Shown piece by piece: positions 7,556-16,882 of a stretch of DNA of 64,000 bases. The DNA is taken from the IMG/VR virus record IMGVR_UViG_3300031251_000011, positions 11,765-75,764 of that record; one strand, given 5' to 3'. Source of the DNA: a virus. Below the pieces are notes generated by a model, which saw only the letters and a list, made by a program, of their open reading frames with translations, was not told the origin of the DNA and did no database searches. Position numbers and translations under genes: made by a program. Position 1 is the first letter of the stretch, and the number at the start of each line of letters is the position of its first letter.

Positions 7556-9150
7556 ACGCCGTCCTCCCCCTGTCCTCCGTGACTAAGCCCCGCCCCTTCG
7601 TTCCCTCCGAGATGCAGACCAGCTTCTTCAGCTGGGTGTCAGGGGGAAGGGGCTGCGCGATCCTTGAGGCCGTCGCCGGCTCCGGAAAGTCGACGACCAT
7701 CGTGCGGGCGCTGACCTTCATCCCGGAGTGGGTGCCCGTCCTGATCCTCGCCTTCAACGCGGCGATCGTCACGGAGATGAAGGAGAAAGTGGCGGCGCTC
7801 GGCAAGGAGCTGGGTCGCGACTTCCGCAACGTCCGGGTCAGCACCTTCCACTCGCTCGGCTTCGGCGCCTTGAAGAAGTTATTCAACTGCGACCATCGGG
7901 CCATCAAGACCGACCCCAACAAGCTCCTCACGCTCGCGGAGCAACTGTGGAGCGCCGAAACCGTCGAGCTGTACGGCTCGTTCGTCTGCGACCTCGTCAG
8001 CCTTGCGAAGGGTGAGGGCATCGGGACGGGCCTGTGCCACGACGAGACGCGGGAGTGGACACGGCTCATCGAACACCACGACCTCACGCACTCCAGCTAC
8101 GACGCCGACGACGAGACGGCCATCCGCCTCGCGCGCGAGCTGCTCAGCCACTCCACGACCGTGGCGAAGGACAAGCGCTGGATCGACTACGACGACATGC
8201 TGTATCTCCCGCTCAAGTGGAGGCTCAAGCACTTCGGGCAGGGCTGGGTGTTCATCGACGAGGCGCAGGACACCAACCCGGCTCGCAGAGCCATGGCCCG
8301 CGGCGCGCTGAAGGTCGGCGGCAGGCTCTGCGCCGTCGGCGACCGACGTCAGGCCATCTACGGCTTCACGGGAGCGAGCCACGACGCGCTCGATCTGATC
8401 GCGCAGGACTTCAACGCCACCAGGATGCCTCTGACGGTCTCCTACAGGTGCCCGCAGGCCGCGCTTGAGGCGGTCGGCCACCTCGCGCCGGAGTTCAGCG
8501 TACACGCGAGCGCCCCGCGCGGCTCCTACCGGAGGTACGTCACGTTGGACGACGCGCTCAAGGTCCTGAAGCCGACGGACGCGGTCGTGTGCCGGAACGT
8601 GGCCCCGCTCGTGACGCTGGCCTACGGCCTGATGCGTCGCAGGGTCGCCTGCCGCATCCTGGGCCGCGAGATCGGCGCGGGCCTGGTCAAGCTCGTGAAG
8701 TCGATGCGGGCGAAGACGCTGGACGCCATGCTTGAGAAGCTGGAGGCGTGGCGCGAGCGTGAGACGGCCAAGTTCCTGGCGCAGAAGAAGGAGCAGAAGG
8801 CCGACGCGGTCGACGACCGGGTGAACTGCGTCCTTGAGTTCGTGTCACAGCTCGATGAGAACTCGCGGACGGTGCCGAAGCTGATCGCGGCGATCGAGGC
8901 CACCTTCTCGAACGAGGACGGCTCGCCGCGGCTCACTCTCATGTCCTGTCACAAGGCGAAGGGGCTGGAGTTCGAGAGCGTGGCCCTGCTGCGGTCCGAC
9001 CTGATGCCCTCGCCCTGGGCGCGCCAGGAGTGGCAGCAGGAGCAGGAGCGCAACCTGGAGTACGTCGCCGGGACGCGGTTCAAGCTCAACATGATGGTGC
9101 TGAGCGACGACGGGTCGGAGAAGAAGGTCAAGAAAGAGGGCGGGCAGTGA
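7552..9150 (+). CDS. SF1 (UvrD/Rep-like) helicase
   Basis: Walker A AVAGSGKST; IDEAQD; VGDRRQAIYGF; SYRC; HKAKGLEF; YVAGTR. Confidence 0.92.
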   Translation: MNAVLPLSSVTKPRPFVPSEMQTSFFSWVSGGRGCAILEAVAGSGKSTTIVRALTFIPEWVPVLILAFNAAIVTEMKEKVAALGKELGRDFRNVRVSTFHSLGFGALKKLFNCDHRAIKTDPNKLLTLAEQLWSAETVELYGSFVCDLVSLAKGEGIGTGLCHDETREWTRLIEHHDLTHSSYDADDETAIRLARELLSHSTTVAKDKRWIDYDDMLYLPLKWRLKHFGQGWVFIDEAQDTNPARRAMARGALKVGGRLCAVGDRRQAIYGFTGASHDALDLIAQDFNATRMPLTVSYRCPQAALEAVGHLAPEFSVHASAPRGSYRRYVTLDDALKVLKPTDAVVCRNVAPLVTLAYGLMRRRVACRILGREIGAGLVKLVKSMRAKTLDAMLEKLEAWRERETAKFLAQKKEQKADAVDDRVNCVLEFVSQLDENSRTVPKLIAAIEATFSNEDGSPRLTLMSCHKAKGLEFESVALLRSDLMPSPWARQEWQQEQERNLEYVAGTRFKLNMMVLSDDGSEKKVKKEGGQ

Positions 9151-9368
9151 GTGCGCCTAAGGTCTACGTCATCATGGGCAACGACTACCCCAAGGCCGTG
9201 TGTGTCAGCGAGGAGGCCGCGGAGGCCCGGATGACGGAGCTGCGCGCGGAGGCTGAAAAACACTGGCAGCAGAGCCACGTCGGAAGAAAGCTGGCGGCGC
9301 CCTACAAGGGCTCCGGTCAGGTCTACTACCGGGCATACGAGTTTGAACTTCAAAGCGAGGAGAAGTAG
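9147..9368 (+). CDS. Hypothetical protein
   Basis: GTGA overlap; MSAPKVYVIMGNDYP. Confidence 0.6.
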   Translation: MSAPKVYVIMGNDYPKAVCVSEEAAEARMTELRAEAEKHWQQSHVGRKLAAPYKGSGQVYYRAYEFELQSEEK

Positions 9369-9370
9369 TC

Positions 9371-9862
9371 ATGGCAAAGAGGCAGAAGAGAGTACCAGTC
9401 CAGCGTTCATCGTCAATCGACGGCGCCGTGTCCGACGGCCTGTCGGAGGTCCAGGAGCTGAAGCAGGAGATGGAGGACTGGGCCTCCAACATGGAGAGCA
9501 GCAACATGGAGCACCTCCCGAAGTACGAGGAGGTGAACGAGTGCAAGGAGACGCTGGAGGAGCACGCGGACAGCGAGCCCACCATCCCCGACGCGTTTCC
9601 GGAAGGGCTGGAGGACAAGGTTGACTGGCAGGAACCGATGGCGAAGCGCGCCGGCCACATCAGCCGTGCGCTCCGCCTCGACCAGGCGCTCGCAGGTGTC
9701 TCCGCGGCGAAGGATCACGTGCAGGGCTTTCTCGACGAGCACGACGATGACGATGCCTGCTGGACCGAGGACTGCGAGCGCTCGGAGTGGGAGAACTACC
9801 TCAGCGAGCTGGAGACGATCGTCGACGGCCTCGAAGGCGTCAGCTTCCCGGGGATGTACTGA
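9371..9862 (+). CDS. Acidic helical hypothetical protein
   Basis: GAGGAG RBS; very Asp/Glu-rich; ends in FPGMY. Confidence 0.7.
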   Translation: MAKRQKRVPVQRSSSIDGAVSDGLSEVQELKQEMEDWASNMESSNMEHLPKYEEVNECKETLEEHADSEPTIPDAFPEGLEDKVDWQEPMAKRAGHISRALRLDQALAGVSAAKDHVQGFLDEHDDDDACWTEDCERSEWENYLSELETIVDGLEGVSFPGMY

Positions 9863-10596
9863 TGGACGCAGGACCGATCCCCGCCTTCCTCCTCCGGGCG
9901 CCGAGCCCGGAGGCGAGGGCGCGGGCCGACGAGATCGTCAGGCAGACCACCGAAGGCAAGCGCGGCTGGGCTCCCATGCGGAGCCTGGAGGAGATCAGGG
10001 CGAGCGAGCGGACGATTGAAGCTGTCAAGCAGAGCGAGAGGAGAGCGGAGGAGATGGCCAAGTACAACCAGCTGATAAAGAACAGGGCGGCGCCTGTGGA
10101 GCTGCTACGCTACCCGACCGAGGGCGGCCCGGGCGCCGACCCGGTGTTCGTCCGCAACTTCGCGGACATGGACGAGTTCGAGAGGTTCTACCGCGGGCCG
10201 CCGGTCCACCGTGACCTCGGCGTCACCTGCACGGCGGAGACGACCACGATCCTGCTCGACATAGCGGGCAACCCGAACCTGGTGCCGAAGTCCGCTCCTC
10301 TGTCCTCCGGGGAGAAGGTCGTGAAAGTTCCGCGCGCCGTCGGCCCCAAGGCCAAGGGCAAGTGGTACATCGTCAACAGCCACGTCGGGATGATCCTGCG
10401 GGCGGAGGGCTTCCAGCAGAAGTCCAACGAGGACAGCGAGCCTCTCACGTTCGTGCGCGGCGACGATGTCTGCGTGATCCCGGAGCCGGCGGCCGACAAG
10501 AAGTCGTCCAGCAAGTGGGAGGCGACCGTGAAGGGCAAGCTCACGGCAGGCTTCGGCGTCGCGATCTTCGAGGACGTGCTGAGGGGGAAGAAGTGA
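9862..10596 (+). CDS. Hypothetical protein
   Basis: TGATG overlap; 'IPAFL' N-terminus. Confidence 0.65.
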   Translation: MDAGPIPAFLLRAPSPEARARADEIVRQTTEGKRGWAPMRSLEEIRASERTIEAVKQSERRAEEMAKYNQLIKNRAAPVELLRYPTEGGPGADPVFVRNFADMDEFERFYRGPPVHRDLGVTCTAETTTILLDIAGNPNLVPKSAPLSSGEKVVKVPRAVGPKAKGKWYIVNSHVGMILRAEGFQQKSNEDSEPLTFVRGDDVCVIPEPAADKKSSSKWEATVKGKLTAGFGVAIFEDVLRGKK

Positions 10597-10788
10597 TGGC
10601 CCGCGTCCTGATAGTCTCCGGCATCGCGGTCGGGCTTCTCATGATCTACGCGCAGCTGTACTGCGGCTTCACGGGAAAGTGCTTCTGATGCGCTGGCTCG
10701 GTGTTGCTCTGGTAGGCCTGGCGCTCTTCATGTGGGCGGCGCCGCGGTCGAAGGTAGAGGTCCCGCCGTTCAAGATGGAGGCTAGGCG

Positions 10789-11055
10789 ATGAAGCTGATG
10801 ACAGACTCGCAGGCGCGGTCCACGCTGTGCCCGCTGAAGATGGCAGGCGCGAAGGCCTCACCGAGAGGGGTCCGCGTGAGCCGGAGCTGCGAGGGCGCGC
10901 GGTGCCAGCTCTGGACCAACGGCCCGGAGAGCGAGGAGACCGGGCGCTGCTCCTTCGCCATCAGCGCCATGTCCCTCTTCCTGGTCCCGGCGGCGATCGG
11001 CGACAGCGTCTTCAACGCCATCGGGGGCGCGGTCGCGACGGAGAGGAGCCGCTGA
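10789..11055 (+). CDS. Cys-rich hypothetical protein
   Basis: 'LCP..CEGARCQLW..GRC'. Confidence 0.6.
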   Translation: MKLMTDSQARSTLCPLKMAGAKASPRGVRVSRSCEGARCQLWTNGPESEETGRCSFAISAMSLFLVPAAIGDSVFNAIGGAVATERSR

Positions 11056-11322
11056 TGGCCTCCCCCTGCCCTCCCTGGTACGGCCGGAAGGCCCCGCCCT
11101 GGGCGGGCAGGGAGCCCGCCAGGCAGCCGCGGGGACAGGGGGAGGGAGGGTTGCCCCTCCTCGCCGGGCTCCTCCTGGTGGCCCTGTTTCTGGCCCTTCC
11201 CGACCTCCTGAAATAAGCCCCGCCAGGCAGGCCTCTTGCGGGCGGGTCCTGCCCTAGCTGCCCCCTGCCCCGACCCCTCGCTTTGCCCAAAATTCCCGGG
11301 GTTTCCCTACCCCCAAACGACT

Positions 11323-11351
11323 AGGGCGCCCTCCGTTTCCGGGGGCGCCCT
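11323..11351. terminator. Strong hairpin at the convergence of early and late transcription
   Basis: AGGGCGCCCTCCG-TTTC-CGGGGGCGCCCT. Confidence 0.5.
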
Positions 11352-11458
11352 CATCAGGGTAGTTACCAAAGGTGAGCAGTCCTGTTCCGTCTACATGATC
11401 GGCCTCCGGGTCCTGTGAAGCTCTTTCGAGAACCTCATCGGGTGCGGGGAGCCTACCA

Positions 11459-11502
11459 CAAACGGAAAGGGCCTGCCTCAGGTTTCCCCGAGGCAGGCCC
11501 CC
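11459..11502 (-). terminator. Intrinsic terminator of the late operon
   Basis: On the - strand: GGGCCTGCCTCGGGGAAACCTGAGGCAGGCCC followed by TTTCCGTTT. Confidence 0.65.
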
Positions 11503-11567
11503 TTCCGGGAGGAGGTCAGACAGGCTGACCCTCGGCGGGTTGACGAGACCCGCGAGCTAGGAAGCGG

Positions 11568-11819
11568 TCAGGGCGCCGCCGGAGGTCCCGCCGCCACGAG
11601 AGCGTTGTGCGCCGCGACCGCGTCGGCGAACTGGGTCTCGTAGCCGGAGACCGTGGCGTCGAGCGACGCGAACGCCGCCGCGTCCGGCGCCTCGGGCGTC
11701 CCGAGGTTGGCGATGGCGTTGCGCAGACCCACGACGAGCGGGGCGACGTTCACGCCGATCTCGACGAGCTGCGGGATGTAGCTGGCGGCGAGCGCCAGGG
11801 CCGCGATGATGGCTGACAT
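11568..11819 (-). CDS. Small lysis-module protein with a hydrophobic N-terminus
   Basis: Last gene of the lysis cassette; GGAGG RBS. Confidence 0.6.
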   Translation of the reverse strand: MSAIIAALALAASYIPQLVEIGVNVAPLVVGLRNAIANLGTPEAPDAAAFASLDATVSGYETQFADAVAAHNALVAAGPPAAP

Positions 11820-11822
11820 GTT

Positions 11823-12263
11823 CTAGCCTCCCTGCTTGACGCCGTAGGTGACCATCGCCGTCTGGAACTCGGCGTACGCCGCCTTCAGGACGTCGATGCT
11901 GACGCTCAGATCGGACTGCGACGGGCTCGCCGACAGCGCGAGCGCCTCCGCCCTGTTGATCGCCGATGACAGCGTGGCCCGCGCCTTGTCGAGAGCGCTC
12001 ACGCCCGCGTCGCTGGAGCACAGCGGGGCCGGCAGCGCCTTGGGGAACGAGCAGGGCGTCTGCGTGACGTACGCCTTGGCGAACGGCAGCGCGATCGCGT
12101 AGCCGCTCTTCACGGCGTAGACCGTGTTGCGGGCGTCGGCGATCGTCTGAGCCCCCACCGGGGTGGAGGCCGCTGAGCTGATGCTGCTCGCGGCCTTGAG
12201 GTACTCGCAGCCACCGAGCGCGAGCAGCGCCGAGCAGCCGATCAGCAGCAGAAGTCGTTTCAT
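11823..12263 (-). CDS. Lipoprotein (spanin-like by position)
   Basis: MKR + hydrophobic stretch + lipobox LGGC; lies downstream of holin and endolysin. Confidence 0.65.
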   Translation of the reverse strand: MKRLLLLIGCSALLALGGCEYLKAASSISSAASTPVGAQTIADARNTVYAVKSGYAIALPFAKAYVTQTPCSFPKALPAPLCSSDAGVSALDKARATLSSAINRAEALALSASPSQSDLSVSIDVLKAAYAEFQTAMVTYGVKQGG

Positions 12264-12275
12264 ATTTCAGCTCCT

Positions 12276-12584
12276 TCAGATTTTGTTGACGCTGGCGAGC
12301 GAGGGGCTCTTGTCCTCGGCCGCGGCCTGGGCGCCGGGCGAAGCCGACGCGGGCACGAGTATCTGGACGCCGGTGGCGGCCGCCTGCTGCAGGACGGCCT
12401 TGTCGCGCTTCTTCCACCAGCCGTAAGCCATGATGCCGAGCCCCGCTACGATCGGCCCGGCTTCGCTGCCGGCGTGGATGAGCGTGTTGGCGTTGTCCTG
12501 CGTCAGCTTCCCCGTGGACACGAGGTAGGTCAGGACGATGAGAGCCAGCGAGCGCAGCTGGCTGTATACCTGCTCCTTGTTCAT
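12276..12584 (-). CDS. Putative holin (2 TM)
   Basis: MNKEQVYSQLRSLALIVLTYLVSTG..GPIVAGLGIMAYGWW; adjacent to the endolysin. Confidence 0.65.
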   Translation of the reverse strand: MNKEQVYSQLRSLALIVLTYLVSTGKLTQDNANTLIHAGSEAGPIVAGLGIMAYGWWKKRDKAVLQQAAATGVQILVPASASPGAQAAAEDKSPSLASVNKI

Positions 12585-12597
12585 AGTGCCTCTCTTT

Positions 12598-13272
12598 CTA
12601 GGCCGTTGCGGCCTGCAGCGCCTTGTCGAACAGCTCCGCGTTGGCGGCGATCTCGTCGGCGTGGTCGAGACCGTTGATGACCTTCCTCGCGTTAACGAAG
12701 TCGGTCTCGTCATCGTTGACGTACTCCTCCAGGGCGTGGCCCGTGAAATCGCCGACGTGGCTGTCGGCGCGCAGCATACCCTCGAACATGACCCACACGG
12801 CGACCGGAAGCTCAAGCGCCCGGTCCGGGGTCAGCGTGAGGTCGATCGGCGCGGAGCCCAGCACCTTCGCCAGCTCATCACCGGGCCTGGCGAGTTCCGC
12901 CGACAGCAACGTCCCCATCTTGAGGTAGTTGCTGTAGTGCGTCAGCTGCACCAGGCCGCGGCCGTAGTACGACTGCCCGGTGAGCGGGTTCGTGACCGCG
13001 TACCAGACCCCCTTGAGGCGGTTGCGGGCCTGCAGGTCCGACGTCGCGAAGGTCTCGCGCACAGGGACCATGGCAACCCCGCACTCACGGTACGGCGTGG
13101 CGAGGATGTAAGCGAGCTGCGTGACGGGCCCGACCTCGTGCAGATCAACGCGGCGCTCCCACTCGTCGAGAATCGCCTCCATCGTGTTGACCTGGCCGCT
13201 GTTGAGCCGGCCGCCGAACAGCGACTTGCAGACCCCGTCGGGGCCGTGGTAGAACTCGGCGCGGTCGATCAT
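12598..13272 (-). CDS. Endolysin, GH19/chitinase-like lysozyme fold
   Basis: 'LAYILAT..RE', 'YYGRGLVQLTHYSNY', 'NARKVINGLDHA'. Confidence 0.88.
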   Translation of the reverse strand: MIDRAEFYHGPDGVCKSLFGGRLNSGQVNTMEAILDEWERRVDLHEVGPVTQLAYILATPYRECGVAMVPVRETFATSDLQARNRLKGVWYAVTNPLTGQSYYGRGLVQLTHYSNYLKMGTLLSAELARPGDELAKVLGSAPIDLTLTPDRALELPVAVWVMFEGMLRADSHVGDFTGHALEEYVNDDETDFVNARKVINGLDHADEIAANAELFDKALQAATA

Positions 13273-13273
13273 G

Positions 13274-13765
13274 TCACTTGCCTCCTCTGAACGCGTTGAA
13301 CTGAAGTTCCTTGATGTCCTTGGTCTGCTGCTCGTCGGAGCGCGAGAGAGCGTCGAGGCGGTTGGCCTGCGCGTCGAACCTGCTGTTGAAGAACTGGCTG
13401 AGCGACGGTATCTGGAACGTCACGATGGCGTTCAGCGAGTTCTTGAGATTGTTCATCTCCAGCAGCATGGCCGTGAACGCCTGCGTCTGCCTGTCCTGGG
13501 CAACACCCTGCGTCCTGACCGCCTCGCGCAGGTCGTTCCAGATGAGACCGCCGAGCGCCAGGATACAGAGCATGAGCGTCGGTGTTATGTACGCCATGTT
13601 TAGGCGGGCGAGCAGCTTCAGCTCAGGCTTGTCGGCTGCATTGTTCATGTCACGGGAGCGGTCACGCAAGCGGTTCTCGCGCTCCGCCATGGCGTACGCC
13701 TTGACTATGTCTTCCCGCGGCATCGGACCCTCCGTTCCGCCGCCTTCGGCTGGAAGCTCTGTCAT
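13274..13765 (-). CDS. Single-TM coiled-coil protein
   Basis: One hydrophobic segment (YITPTLMLCILALGGLIW) followed by heptads. Confidence 0.6.
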   Translation of the reverse strand: MTELPAEGGGTEGPMPREDIVKAYAMAERENRLRDRSRDMNNAADKPELKLLARLNMAYITPTLMLCILALGGLIWNDLREAVRTQGVAQDRQTQAFTAMLLEMNNLKNSLNAIVTFQIPSLSQFFNSRFDAQANRLDALSRSDEQQTKDIKELQFNAFRGGK

Positions 13766-13902
13766 GTTTTCGTCCCACCGCCCGTCCGGGCGGTTTCCGC
13801 TTCCGCCAGCTTGGCGTCGATGACGGCTAGCAGCTCTTTCATGCTCGGGACCTTGAGCGTCTTGAGGATCGGGGGCTCGTGTAGGCGGTGGAGAGGTTTC
13901 AT
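13762..13902 (-). CDS. Small protein (46 aa), absent from the ORF track
   Basis: MKPLHRLHEPPILKTLKVPSMKELLAVIDAKLAEAE..; ATGA overlaps at both ends. Confidence 0.55.
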   Translation of the reverse strand: MKPLHRLHEPPILKTLKVPSMKELLAVIDAKLAEAETARTGGGTKT

Positions 13903-14294
13903 TTGACCGCCATCAGGTTGAGCACCTGCGTCTCAAGGCGCGTGATGCGCTCGCGCGTGACGATGTCGGCCGCCGCCAGCTTCTCCGTCGCCGCGCGGCT
14001 CTCCGCGGCCAGCAGCCCCGTGGAGACCTTCAGCTCAGCGGCCAGCTTCTCCGTCGCCGCGCGGCTCTCCGAGGCCAGGCGGTCCGCCGTCGTGCGGTTC
14101 TCCACGGCCAGCACCAGGGCCGCCGTCTGCATCCCCGTGATCGTGTCCTTGCTGGTGACGACCTGCTGCGTCATGCCGCCCATCTGCTGCGCGATCCAAG
14201 CGACGTAGCCGAGCGCGGTCACGACCGCGATCACCGTGGGCAGGTTGATGACCTGGCTGCTGCCGTTTGAGCTTAACCTCAACTCGTTCGCCAT
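13899..14294 (-). CDS. Single-TM coiled-coil protein with an internal repeat
   Basis: MANELR..TM..; ESRAATEKLAA occurs twice (30-bp direct repeat at 13975 and 14041). Confidence 0.6.
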   Translation of the reverse strand: MANELRLSSNGSSQVINLPTVIAVVTALGYVAWIAQQMGGMTQQVVTSKDTITGMQTAALVLAVENRTTADRLASESRAATEKLAAELKVSTGLLAAESRAATEKLAAADIVTRERITRLETQVLNLMAVK

Positions 14295-14443
14295 GCTGAG
14301 CCCCCACCCAAAAGATGTTTGCTGCCACGGTGTCGCAGGTCGCGCAACGCCGCCGGGCACCGGAAGACTTTCGCCCTCGGCTCCCGGCGACGGCGCCGGC
14401 GGCGGGGAGGCAGACCCGCCGCAAGCTCTTAACGGCGTTTGAG

Positions 14444-16882
14444 CTACGACCGGCCCCGAAGGTCGCGCCAGCCGCAGGTGTGGATGTAGAGAGGCTCGCC
14501 GCTGTAGCTCGGGAACCCGACGTATATCCGCGCGGACGTGTCCGTCGGCGGACCGATGACAGAGTTCGTCGAGCTTGACCCCTGCGCCGGGTTTCCCTCG
14601 TAGTGAGACATGACGGTGGCCAGGAGCGTCGCGCTGGCTCCTGGGGCGTACTGCACGGCGGCCGTGTTGTTGTTGATGGAGTTGGCTGTTATGACCGTGA
14701 ACGGCTCGACGACGATACCCACAGGAACCGACAGGGCTGTCAGCGTGGCTGGCTGGGTCCCTCCCCCTCCGGTAAGGTCCAGGATTTCCAGGCGGTAGAA
14801 GTCGTCACCGAACTGCTGGAATGCGACCCAGTGCCCTGAACCGTCCGTCTGCATGGCGCCAATGCGGCGGTACTGCGTGTAATCGGTCGGCAGGAGCGCG
14901 GGGACCACAAAGTTGAGCGACGTGATAACGTCGACGGCCCGCGTCGAGGGGTTCCGGATCAGATACGCGGCGTACCACGTGCTGTTGGCGATGGACCCCT
15001 GGTCCAGCGACCCGTTGCCGGAGCCGGCGGCCCACGCGTCCGTCGTCTTCGTGTAGGCTGCCACCAGCTGCATGATGACCGTGCTGTCGGTGTCGGCCGC
15101 CACGCCCGCCGCGATGCCGAAGACCGCCGAGCCGCCGGCCGTCGAGAGGTTCAGCCCGTCGAGGTAGCCCACCAGGTCCGTGGCCAGGTTTCCGTTCGCC
15201 GGTGGTGTGTTGTTGGAGATGCCCGTCAGCGCCACGCCGTTGGCGTAGACCACGCCCGCGGTTCCCGCCAGCGCGTTGTCCAGGTGGTTGAATGACTGGC
15301 CCGCCGTGCCGCCCGTCGCCGAGGTCGGGTACTCCCCCTGCCCCGGGTTGACGAAGAACGGGACGCCGGCCTGGCCTGCCGCGATCTCCGCCATCGACAC
15401 GCCGAGCACCGCCGTGGTCTCAACCTTGACGATCGCCATCAAAGTAGTAGCGGAGTTCTGCTGGTCGTAAACCATGATCGCGGTGAAGTCGCCGCAGGTC
15501 GCCGGGGCCGTGGGCTGGTTGACAGGGGGGGAGCTGCCGCGGTAGAGCCCGCCGCCGCCGGAGAGGAGCCTGGGCCACAGCGAGCCCGTGGTCGCAGCCG
15601 CGGAGCCGATCGCCGTGGGCGCTGACCTGAGGTACGGAGCGGAGACGCCGAGCGACGCGTCGGGGAGACCCGCCGACAGCCAATACTGCCCTGAGGTTCC
15701 GCTGGACGCCGCGAGCGCCACGAGAGAACCGTTGATGACCTCGGCGTCGAGAGCGAAGGTCGACGCGCTGAGGGTGGACGAGCCCATCCCGGAGGCGGAG
15801 GCGTAGGTGGCGCCCGCAGCCGTGAGACCCAGCAGGTACAGACCGTTGCCGGCGGAGCTGAAGTACGCCAGCCAGAAGTAGATGCCGTCGTTCGTGAGCT
15901 TGACCTGCGGGTAGGTTCCCGCGTTCAGCGTGTTCGCCGCGCTGAACGGTGTCCCCTGGACGACGCCCGCGTTCGTGTAGACGGCGCAGATCAGGTTGGT
16001 GCCGTTGGCTTCCGCGACCGCGAAGTAACCCGTCATGACGCTGATCTCAAGCAGGCCGGCCACGGAGGTGCTGTCGACGCTGGTAGGTCCCGCCACGTTG
16101 ACACCTCCCACCGTGAACACGGTGAAGCTCGTCCCGCCGAACGAGTTCGCTGCCATCGTGCCGCGGTAAGCGCAGACCAGGTTGCCGCTTGAGAGCTGCC
16201 CCAGCTTCAGCGTCTCGACCGCCGCCGATCCTGTGAGGGCCTGCACGGACGTGGCGCCCAGCACGGGAGAGCCGGCGTTGCTGTACGTGACCAGGTTGAT
16301 CGCCGTGGCGGCGCTGCTCTGGAAGACGACGGCGAAGCCGCCGCCGCTGAGGGCGACCGCCGAGTGGTAGACGACGTTCGTCGACGCGCGCTCGGTGGCG
16401 AACGCTGAGGGGCCAGCGATCAGCGTGAGCATCGAGTCGAAGATCACGAAGCACAGGACACCGGCGCTGCGCGCGTAGACACAGCAGAAGTTCCCGTTGG
16501 ACAGCTGGAACAGGATCGGCGTGTTGACCGTTGTGGCGGTAGAGTCCAGCACGGCTGACACCAGGCTCGCGCCGAGAGGGCTCCGCTTGTACGCCACCAG
16601 GCGCCCGCTTCCGTTCGTGCCCATAATGTAAACGTTGCCAAGCCTGTCGCGGGCGACAGCCTGGCGCGCGGAGCCGGTCACGGCGAACGACGCGACAGCG
16701 CTGGGAGACAGCAGCGTCTGGGCCTCGGCGTTGACCGCGTAGTCGATGGTGGCGACGGGCCACGCCTCGGAGCCGAGGCCACCGACCAGGACCAGGTCGC
16801 CCTGCGCGACAGCGGAGCTTCCCGCCGGGACCTTGAGCTGCTGGCCGTTCTTGACGAAGTTGGAAGTTCCCTGAGCGCTCAT
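14444..16882 (-). CDS. Tail fibre/receptor-binding or virion accessory protein
   Basis: 812 aa, beta-rich and G/S/T/A-rich; directly downstream of the tail fibre. Confidence 0.6.
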   Translation of the reverse strand: MSAQGTSNFVKNGQQLKVPAGSSAVAQGDLVLVGGLGSEAWPVATIDYAVNAEAQTLLSPSAVASFAVTGSARQAVARDRLGNVYIMGTNGSGRLVAYKRSPLGASLVSAVLDSTATTVNTPILFQLSNGNFCCVYARSAGVLCFVIFDSMLTLIAGPSAFATERASTNVVYHSAVALSGGGFAVVFQSSAATAINLVTYSNAGSPVLGATSVQALTGSAAVETLKLGQLSSGNLVCAYRGTMAANSFGGTSFTVFTVGGVNVAGPTSVDSTSVAGLLEISVMTGYFAVAEANGTNLICAVYTNAGVVQGTPFSAANTLNAGTYPQVKLTNDGIYFWLAYFSSAGNGLYLLGLTAAGATYASASGMGSSTLSASTFALDAEVINGSLVALAASSGTSGQYWLSAGLPDASLGVSAPYLRSAPTAIGSAAATTGSLWPRLLSGGGGLYRGSSPPVNQPTAPATCGDFTAIMVYDQQNSATTLMAIVKVETTAVLGVSMAEIAAGQAGVPFFVNPGQGEYPTSATGGTAGQSFNHLDNALAGTAGVVYANGVALTGISNNTPPANGNLATDLVGYLDGLNLSTAGGSAVFGIAAGVAADTDSTVIMQLVAAYTKTTDAWAAGSGNGSLDQGSIANSTWYAAYLIRNPSTRAVDVITSLNFVVPALLPTDYTQYRRIGAMQTDGSGHWVAFQQFGDDFYRLEILDLTGGGGTQPATLTALSVPVGIVVEPFTVITANSINNNTAAVQYAPGASATLLATVMSHYEGNPAQGSSSTNSVIGPPTDTSARIYVGFPSYSGEPLYIHTCGWRDLRGRS

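Noticed and set aside
11357-11458. tRNA-like element ending in CCA
   Set aside because: No 7-bp acceptor stem and no T-loop (GTTCRA).
11321-11470. Canonical hammerhead ribozyme
   Set aside because: The core register is off (extra G before GAAA, 3 extra nt before stem I). Kept only as a weak hypothesis in the findings.
13975-14070. 30-bp direct repeat with a 36-bp spacer resembling a mini-CRISPR
   Set aside because: Only two copies, in frame inside a coding sequence, encoding a repeated peptide; no cas genes.
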